64,000 bases of DNA from Acinetobacter phage vB_AbaS_TCUP2199: the sequence record ON323491.1, one strand, 5' to 3'. Positions within the stretch are counted from its first letter, which is position 1. Each line of letters begins with the position of its first letter. Below the pieces are notes generated by a model. It had not been told where the DNA came from. It did not search any database and saw only the letters and a program-made list of their open reading frames with translations. Below are positions 57,798 through 64,000 of this stretch, in pieces. Both the position numbers and the translations under genes were made by a program.

Positions 57798-59557
57798 TAA
57801 CGACTACCTAGAAAGCTAAAGGAATTGTTTGGTACTAATAAATTTGTTTCCATTGTGCCTAGTAATATTACTGAATTACCAGAACCGTTGGAGGTATCAT
57901 AAGCATACCCCTGATAATACTGTAAAACTGCTTGGTAATTATAGGCGCAAGAGTGGAAATAGTGATCATTTTTATCAATCTTTTTCCAGACAGGTAATTT
58001 TTCCATACCTTCCTTGCTTTCTACCATTACACGGACCATACCCCGTAAATGCTTAATGATGGTTTCTTTCTGGTTCCCGAAACCACCAAAAGTCATGTAG
58101 CCTGCACGAAGTGCGTCAGCAAAACAGTCCAGATGGTAAGTACGGTTTACAGCCAAATAGCTGAGCATTCCATATTCATCATTTTTGGCAACAATTGGCG
58201 CACCTTTCTGTTGCTCATACTGGATTGGCATCACCTGCATACCAGACCAGTCGCGGACTTTCTCTGCGTCTGAAATCAAAGGTAGTCGGTCAATATGGCC
58301 CCCGACGATGTTGAACTTATCAAATAAAAATTTGACCTTTTCCAAAAGCAAATCTTTCTTGACCGTTTCAAAGGTCACATATTCAACACGGTTTACTGCA
58401 GTGGCTTTGCTGACTGTAATATGACAGACAGCACCCATATCAATCCCGATAAAATGTGGCACTTCATTGGTTGGGTTTTCATAATCAATTTCGCGCTTGT
58501 GATTCATGAACAAGGTACGAAGTAATGAGTCAGAAATACGTTCGTCCGAAGTTTCATGGGTCAGACCAAGTACGGTGTTCTTGAAACCCTTCATGTTATC
58601 CAAGGCAACATATTTCATCAAAGTTTCTAAGACATATTGAGCGTCCAAGCTTCGGGTTGAAAATGGACTAATGCGATAGCCACGGATTTGACGGTGTGGG
58701 TGACGCGGAACCCAAGCATGGTTCTCTTTATCACCATAAGTGACTTTCTTTCCGCACTTCACACAAATTGAATATGCTTCTGAAAAATTGATTTTGTATT
58801 TGTCCACCCAGACTGGGTCAAAGTTGGTCAAGTCATCATCTGCATTCATTGGTAAGTTAGGAATATAGATGTACTTGGTTGTGAACTCAGGCATCTGGTA
58901 GTGGGTACAGTGCGGGCACTTGAACAAATACTCTTGCTGGTCCGAAGTTTCAAACAAAGCTGAAATCCCCATACCTTCATAGGTTGGGGTTGAGTAGTTA
59001 TGGTTGATCTTCAAATCCGAACCCTGTAAACGCGAGTTGAACAGGGCAATAATTTGAGGGTCCGATAAGTCAATCTCATCGTTGAACACCACATCGGCTG
59101 GCTGTGATGTTGCAGCTTTTTCATTGGCTGGGAACATCAGCATTTGTGAAGTACCAACTTCGGTAACCTCAATTGAACGAATTGGCTTTTTACCTTCGGC
59201 ATTTAGGCCATGGAAAACTTCATCGTTTGTCAGAATTGGCAATACGCGGTTTTGGTACACACGTTTACGCATGTCTTTATCAGGCATGGTGTAAATAAGG
59301 TTGCGATAGGGGTTGCGACTAACAAAGGCAAGGGCTTTACGCAACTGTACCTCGGTCAAACCGATCTGGGATGGTTTGATAACGTGCATCTCGCGGGCCA
59401 TATCATTTAAAATGGCTTCCTGAAATGGGTATCTGTCACAGGTAAACGGAATACCTTGGAGTGTGGTATTCTTATTTACCCACTCCATATATGTCATCGG
59501 ATTGATCATTTCATTCAGAAACGACGACATACGCGATTTATACGTGCCTTTGCTCAT
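57797..59557 (-). CDS. terminase large subunit (GpA-like)
   Basis: 586 aa; N-terminal ATPase region with KPSQIGLTE P-loop-like motif; C-terminal nuclease-like region; first gene of the structural operon. Confidence 0.75.
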   Translation of the reverse strand: MSKGTYKSRMSSFLNEMINPMTYMEWVNKNTTLQGIPFTCDRYPFQEAILNDMAREMHVIKPSQIGLTEVQLRKALAFVSRNPYRNLIYTMPDKDMRKRVYQNRVLPILTNDEVFHGLNAEGKKPIRSIEVTEVGTSQMLMFPANEKAATSQPADVVFNDEIDLSDPQIIALFNSRLQGSDLKINHNYSTPTYEGMGISALFETSDQQEYLFKCPHCTHYQMPEFTTKYIYIPNLPMNADDDLTNFDPVWVDKYKINFSEAYSICVKCGKKVTYGDKENHAWVPRHPHRQIRGYRISPFSTRSLDAQYVLETLMKYVALDNMKGFKNTVLGLTHETSDERISDSLLRTLFMNHKREIDYENPTNEVPHFIGIDMGAVCHITVSKATAVNRVEYVTFETVKKDLLLEKVKFLFDKFNIVGGHIDRLPLISDAEKVRDWSGMQVMPIQYEQQKGAPIVAKNDEYGMLSYLAVNRTYHLDCFADALRAGYMTFGGFGNQKETIIKHLRGMVRVMVESKEGMEKLPVWKKIDKNDHYFHSCAYNYQAVLQYYQGYAYDTSNGSGNSVILLGTMETNLLVPNNSFSFLGSR

Positions 59558-59887
59558 TATTTGTCCAAATTTGGGGTTTTCACTGTTAAATAGTGTATCT
59601 CAAAGCTCAAATAATCGAAAATTTTTGTTTTTTACAAAAAGGTGAAAATGGACTTTTAAAACAGTTACACAGCAGCATTAATCGGTTTTTTAAATGTATA
59701 TGCGTAAGTATTTGATAAAAAATAAGAAAAAATCACTAAAATTTTCATAAATTTTTCTAATAATCTATATAATCGTTTCTAATCTTTTTTGAACTATTGA
59801 GATTGACCCTCAACCCAAGCAATATACCTTCAACAAATGCACTTTTACTCCAAATCAGGGTAAAAGTTTTCTTTTTCGGGAAAAATT
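59558..59887. promoter_or_regulatory. AT-rich divergent control region between TerL (-) and the 59888 gene (+)
   Basis: 330 bp without ORFs, about 25% GC, TATAAT at 59768-59773. Confidence 0.4.
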
Positions 59888-60640
59888 ATGTTAATAGCCA
59901 GCAATGATAAGCATCCTAAAGTGACGCAAGAACAAGTTCTTATGGTGATGCAAGTTATTTTAGGGACCCTTAAAGACCCTAAGTATTTAGATGATTCACC
60001 ATACAGTGTAATGATGCGTCGCACTATCCATGATCAGGTCCTGAAAGTTAAGAAAAATTTTGAGGATGGTAAAGTAGCTACCTCTCAACCAGAAAAACCA
60101 AAATTAGTAGCACCTGAGCCAATTCCAAAGGCACCAGTTGAGTTACAGCCTAAGCCACAGTACCTGACTAAAGCTGACATTGTTCGTATCGAACGTGAAG
60201 AAAAGGAAAAATTAGAAGCTGAATATCGTGAACAAGCACGAATTAAAGCTGAACGTGAAGCCAAGATGCAAGCAGAAGCAGAAGCTGAACGTGAAGAAAA
60301 GGAAATCCAAGCTGCGTTTTCTAGTATTTCTGAGAACATTGAAGAACGCCCTCAAGAATACCGAGATCAGTACGGCATCCTTATCCGAATGGAAAAGTTG
60401 ATTCGCTCAGTTGTAAAAATTGCTGATAGCAGTACCACGGATACCAACCGTTTATCTGCAGTAAGTAAAGCCATGGATTATCAAGATAAGCAAATGGCTA
60501 TTCTGCAACAGCTTTTGAATATTGAGAAAGTTGACAAGATTGAAAAAACAACTCGTAAATTTTTTACCGAGTTGAGAAAGCATCCAGATTTGTCTGTGAT
60601 TGCTGAACGCTATTTAACCCTATTAGATAATATCGAGTAA
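59888..60640 (+). CDS. hypothetical charged coiled-coil protein (250 aa)
   Basis: Internal EREEKEK repeats encoded by 19-bp direct repeats. Confidence 0.5.
   Translation: MLIASNDKHPKVTQEQVLMVMQVILGTLKDPKYLDDSPYSVMMRRTIHDQVLKVKKNFEDGKVATSQPEKPKLVAPEPIPKAPVELQPKPQYLTKADIVRIEREEKEKLEAEYREQARIKAEREAKMQAEAEAEREEKEIQAAFSSISENIEERPQEYRDQYGILIRMEKLIRSVVKIADSSTTDTNRLSAVSKAMDYQDKQMAILQQLLNIEKVDKIEKTTRKFFTELRKHPDLSVIAERYLTLLDNIE
60190..60305. repeat. 19-bp direct repeat gaacgtgaagaaaaggaaa (x2) inside CDS
   Basis: Copies at 60190-60208 and 60287-60305. Confidence 0.8.
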
Positions 60641-60644
60641 CGCA

Positions 60645-63326
60645 ATGTCAGAAAATATTTTCCGCGACCACGCACCGTTTTACTATGCAAAAGGGATAAA
60701 CGTTATCCCTTTATATTGTGAATCAAAAAGACCACTGATCAATGCGTGGTCCGATTATTCTGACTTTCCAATTACACCCGAAGTGCAAAACGTTTGGCTG
60801 CAGCTCCCAGATAACCACAACATTGGTGTGGTTCTGGGTAAGCAATCTAACCTTGGCATGTTGGATATTGACTATGCGGATGATGCGTTAATCGCTGAAA
60901 TCCGTAAAATTTTGCCAGAAGGTTATGATAAGTGGACACGTGTTGGTAAAAAAGGGATGGTGTTTGCCTTCCGTTTTAACCCGAATGTACCTCGCGCATT
61001 TAAATTAATCTCAAAAGAACACGGTACGATCTGTGAATATTTATGTACAGGTCAGCAGGTAGTATTACCACCGTCGATTCACCCTGAGACAAAGAAACCA
61101 TACACGGCCAACAGTAATCTTTGGGAAGTTATTGATGAACTACCAATGATTCCAGATGACCTTGAAGAAAAATTACGTAGCTTAATTGAACTCAAGGGTA
61201 TCAGCTTGAGTAGTAAAGGTGTGGGTTCACTTATTGAACACATACCTGCAGGTTTCCGTGACTCAAACCTCACACAAAAAGCTGGCTATTTAGCCAATGA
61301 GGTTATCCGTGGTCGTATCACACTGCAGCAAGCTATTGATGGTTTATATGTAATTAATGAAGCTTTCACTGAAAAAGTGGAAGGTGATTTAATGGATATG
61401 GACAAACATATCACCAACCTGATCAAATTTTTGAAGAAATCTTTGATTTCTCAAAAAACAATGTTGCCTACTGGTTGGGATGAGAAGCTGGACCCAAAAC
61501 TGGCAGCTCAACTTACTTCGGACGAAGCTTTTGTCACCGAAGAAACGTATGAACAAATTTATGCTTGGTACACAGTAGAAGCTGACAGTGCAGTAGACGA
61601 ACAGGCACAGCTCCAACTTTTGGATGAAACAGTTTTCAAAATCGCTCAGGTGAAGCAAGAGGATAATATCCGTGAAAGCTTCATTGTGAATAAGGTTGTG
61701 GAAAAGTCTGGATTGCCAATTAAAGCTGGTGACGTGAAAGCTCGTATTCGCAGCAAACGTAGTGAACTTCAAAAAATCATGATGATTGGTACAGATGATG
61801 ATGGTAAGAATGGTGTAGAAATTACACTAAATACCCATACCGAAGTTGCCGCTGCAGCTCTTGATTTTTTAAGCATGATGAACCCGATTCGTGTAGATGC
61901 TGGTGCCCTTTACCGTTTCATGGGAAGTCACTGGGTTCTTTATCCACCAGAACAGGTGAAGCAGTTTATTGCTAAAAACTATATCAGTCTGGATGTGATG
62001 AAGCGTAACTCAGATATTGACGGTGTTTATAAGCAAATGCTGATCTTGGCCGAATCTGGTTTGGAACGTGAATCAAGCAGCTACGTCAATGTAGCCAATG
62101 GGATGATCGTTGAAAATAACACGGCTCGTATCACCAAAGATTCACCAGAAATGGAAGCTAAAATCCAGCAGGTTCGTGACACGGTATTGGAAAGCCCGCA
62201 GGTAAAAATGGGTATGTGGTCAGATGAGCAAATTCATGAAGCGCAAGAAAATGCGGTGAAGCGTTTTATTGACGGTATGAATACGCCATTGCACTTTATC
62301 AACCACACTGAAAGCTACGGTGCAACGTATGTTTTACCATATCGCTATATACCAGAAGCTGCAGGCAAAATGCCATTGTTTGAACAGTTCCTGAAAGACT
62401 GTTGGGGTCATCGTAAAGATTACAAACAAACTGTAGCTGCTTTTCAGGAAGCACTTTATGTTTCATTCATGGGTTGTGCTACCAAGTACCAACGTGCTTT
62501 CTTGCTTTATGGTGTAGCTAACTCAGGTAAATCTGTGCTGCTTAAAATTGTAGCGTCGTTATTCCCAGATGAAACTAAAGCCAGTGTCAGCTTTGACCGT
62601 ATGCATGAAAACCGCTACTTCGTTGCCTTGCATCGTAAGAACATCAATATCATTGGTGAATTAAGTGAACGTAAACGTATCGAAGGTGACATTTTCAAGT
62701 CCATCATTGACGGTACGCCAATGTCTGCTTATCACCTGTATCGTGAGTCATTTATGTTGAACCCGATGACAGCACACTGGGCAGCTTCAAATCACTTGCC
62801 AAAAACTTATGACAGTTCCGAGGGCTTCACACGTCGCTGGTTGTTCTTTTGGTTTGATCAACAGGTTGCTAAAGAAAAAGTGGATGTGGACTTGGCTAAG
62901 AAAATTATCAGCCAAGAGCGTGAAGCCATTTTTGCTTGGGCTTTGGAAGCTGGACAACGCTTGATTAAAAACCAAGGTTACACGTTGCCGCAAAGTCATA
63001 AACAATTGCTGTCTGTATTGGCTTGCCAAACAAACCCAGCTTTATTTTTCTTGCTCAAGGACCCAAGTATCGAGATACAAAAGTTCATGCCTGAAAATAA
63101 ACAGAAAGAATTGTATGAATGCACAGAACTTGACTTACATTTGCAATTCCGTCAGTTTATGAGACTAGGGGTTGGTTCTAACAAGAATGTTGAAATGCAA
63201 GATTTCCGTCACATGCTTGATGAAATTATCAAGTCGCGTGGCATCGAACGTTTCACACGTGAAGGCGATATTAATCAATGGTATCGCGGAATCAGAATCA
63301 AAAACATGAACATGAAGATGAAGTAA
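60645..63326 (+). CDS. bifunctional primase-polymerase / SF3 (D5/P4-type) helicase
   Basis: N-terminal prim-pol motif GMLDIDY; C-terminal Walker A GVANSGKS and Walker B-like segment. Confidence 0.7.
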   Translation: MSENIFRDHAPFYYAKGINVIPLYCESKRPLINAWSDYSDFPITPEVQNVWLQLPDNHNIGVVLGKQSNLGMLDIDYADDALIAEIRKILPEGYDKWTRVGKKGMVFAFRFNPNVPRAFKLISKEHGTICEYLCTGQQVVLPPSIHPETKKPYTANSNLWEVIDELPMIPDDLEEKLRSLIELKGISLSSKGVGSLIEHIPAGFRDSNLTQKAGYLANEVIRGRITLQQAIDGLYVINEAFTEKVEGDLMDMDKHITNLIKFLKKSLISQKTMLPTGWDEKLDPKLAAQLTSDEAFVTEETYEQIYAWYTVEADSAVDEQAQLQLLDETVFKIAQVKQEDNIRESFIVNKVVEKSGLPIKAGDVKARIRSKRSELQKIMMIGTDDDGKNGVEITLNTHTEVAAAALDFLSMMNPIRVDAGALYRFMGSHWVLYPPEQVKQFIAKNYISLDVMKRNSDIDGVYKQMLILAESGLERESSSYVNVANGMIVENNTARITKDSPEMEAKIQQVRDTVLESPQVKMGMWSDEQIHEAQENAVKRFIDGMNTPLHFINHTESYGATYVLPYRYIPEAAGKMPLFEQFLKDCWGHRKDYKQTVAAFQEALYVSFMGCATKYQRAFLLYGVANSGKSVLLKIVASLFPDETKASVSFDRMHENRYFVALHRKNINIIGELSERKRIEGDIFKSIIDGTPMSAYHLYRESFMLNPMTAHWAASNHLPKTYDSSEGFTRRWLFFWFDQQVAKEKVDVDLAKKIISQEREAIFAWALEAGQRLIKNQGYTLPQSHKQLLSVLACQTNPALFFLLKDPSIEIQKFMPENKQKELYECTELDLHLQFRQFMRLGVGSNKNVEMQDFRHMLDEIIKSRGIERFTREGDINQWYRGIRIKNMNMKMK

Positions 63327-63330
63327 GCTT

Positions 63331-63492
63331 ATGGCTCAACGTAAATTAACTGAACAGGAAGTGGCTGAGCAAGACGAACGACGCAAGCTGTGTCGTCGTT
63401 TTCTCAACACTATCGAGGGTGTCGGTTGGATGCTGCTTATACTGACAGTGGTATTTATCCTGAAACATTATGGGCTGTTGCCCGTTCCGTGA
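63331..63492 (+). CDS. small membrane protein (53 aa)
   Basis: TM WMLLILTVVFIL; not in the ORF track because it is under 60 aa. Confidence 0.3.
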   Translation: MAQRKLTEQEVAEQDERRKLCRRFLNTIEGVGWMLLILTVVFILKHYGLLPVP

Positions 63493-63514
63493 TACTGACA
63501 CTAATCCATATAAT

Positions 63515-63540
63515 GGCCCCGTTTGGGGCCTTTTATTTAT
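63515..63540 (+). terminator. rho-independent terminator
   Basis: ggcccc-gttt-ggggcc followed by ttttatttatttg. Confidence 0.7.
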
Positions 63541-63628
63541 TTGTTGGCTGTGGCAAAGGCTGGGGCAAAGGCACGGGCCGAAGGTGAGCGTGGGTTTTAA
63601 TAAGGGGCACAGGCTACGGCACTGGCAC

Positions 63629-63658
63629 AGTCTAAGTCTCAGTCTCAGTCTCAGTCAC
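63629..63658. repeat. tandem hexamer repeat (AGTCTN x5)
   Basis: agtcta agtctc agtctc agtctc agtcac. Confidence 0.8.
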
Positions 63659-64000
63659 GGCCACATAGTATTTCACATACTATAGAAAAATGGAGCCAAA
63701 AATTTTAGAACGGAGATGCTGGACACTGTCGCACCCTGCCACGTGTCTGTAGTACAAAAAACGTACCTACCCTTCATAGTGGCAGTGGCTAAGTCATTGA
63801 AAATCATATAGAAATAAAATATTTTAATTATTTTTTATAGTACGTATTGTACTATGGATTCTGTAGGGCTATCATGAGCACATACCAAAGCACAATAGCT
63901 TGAGTATATCGAGTAGAACGCCACTAATCGAGAGACTGGATAGTATACCTTCAACCGTAACTATCCGCTAGTCCGAACCACTAATTAACAATTTGAAAAG

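Noticed and set aside
63629-63658. The hexamer tandem repeat as a mini-CRISPR or coding repeat
   Set aside because: Only 6-bp units with no spacers and no ORF. More consistent with iteron or slippage repeats.
1-64000. CRISPR array, integrase/attP, toxin-antitoxin or restriction-modification genes
   Set aside because: No spaced direct repeats of CRISPR type, no tyrosine or serine recombinase motifs, and no methyltransferase motifs were seen in any ORF.

Overview
This window reads as a large tailed phage (siphovirus-like, Gram-negative host, about 41% GC) rather than bacterial chromosome. There is no integrase, repressor or host housekeeping gene, genes are tightly packed with ATGA overlaps, and rho-independent terminators punctuate the modules.

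Layout by module:
- 1-8.8 kb (+): small early ORFs, an SF2 helicase and a 5'-3' flap exonuclease.
- 8.9-14.0 kb (+): four large unknown proteins, three of which share a conserved N-terminal module.
- 14.0-15.8 kb (+): lysis cassette with two membrane proteins, an endolysin and a small membrane ORF.
- 15.85-17.3 kb: about 1.45 kb of ORF-free, highly structured DNA with tRNA-like T-arm motifs and long-range inverted repeats.
- 17.3-34.9 kb (+): replication and nucleotide metabolism. Calls here are DNA polymerase A, a PD-(D/E)XK nuclease, a DEDDh exonuclease, SbcD/SbcC-like proteins, a MazG-like protein, a ThyX-like protein, an unknown 353-aa protein and NrdA/NrdB.
- 34.9-59.6 kb (-): a lambda-like structural module. 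Order on the minus strand is TerL(GpA-like)-portal-protease/scaffold-decoration-MCP(gpE-like)-connector proteins-major tail-G/T chaperones-2096-aa tape measure-M/L-like-split K (NlpC/P60 + MPN)-I-J-side fibre.
- 59.9-63.5 kb (+): a coiled-coil protein and a prim-pol/SF3 primase-helicase.
- 63.5-64.0 kb: an ORF-free repeat-rich region, a possible origin.

No CRISPR array, integrase or small terminase subunit was seen. The most unusual parts are the structured non-coding island, the paralogous N-terminal-module proteins, a recurring hairpin+CCTAAA intergenic motif, and the MazG/ThyX-like/unknown/Nrd cluster.
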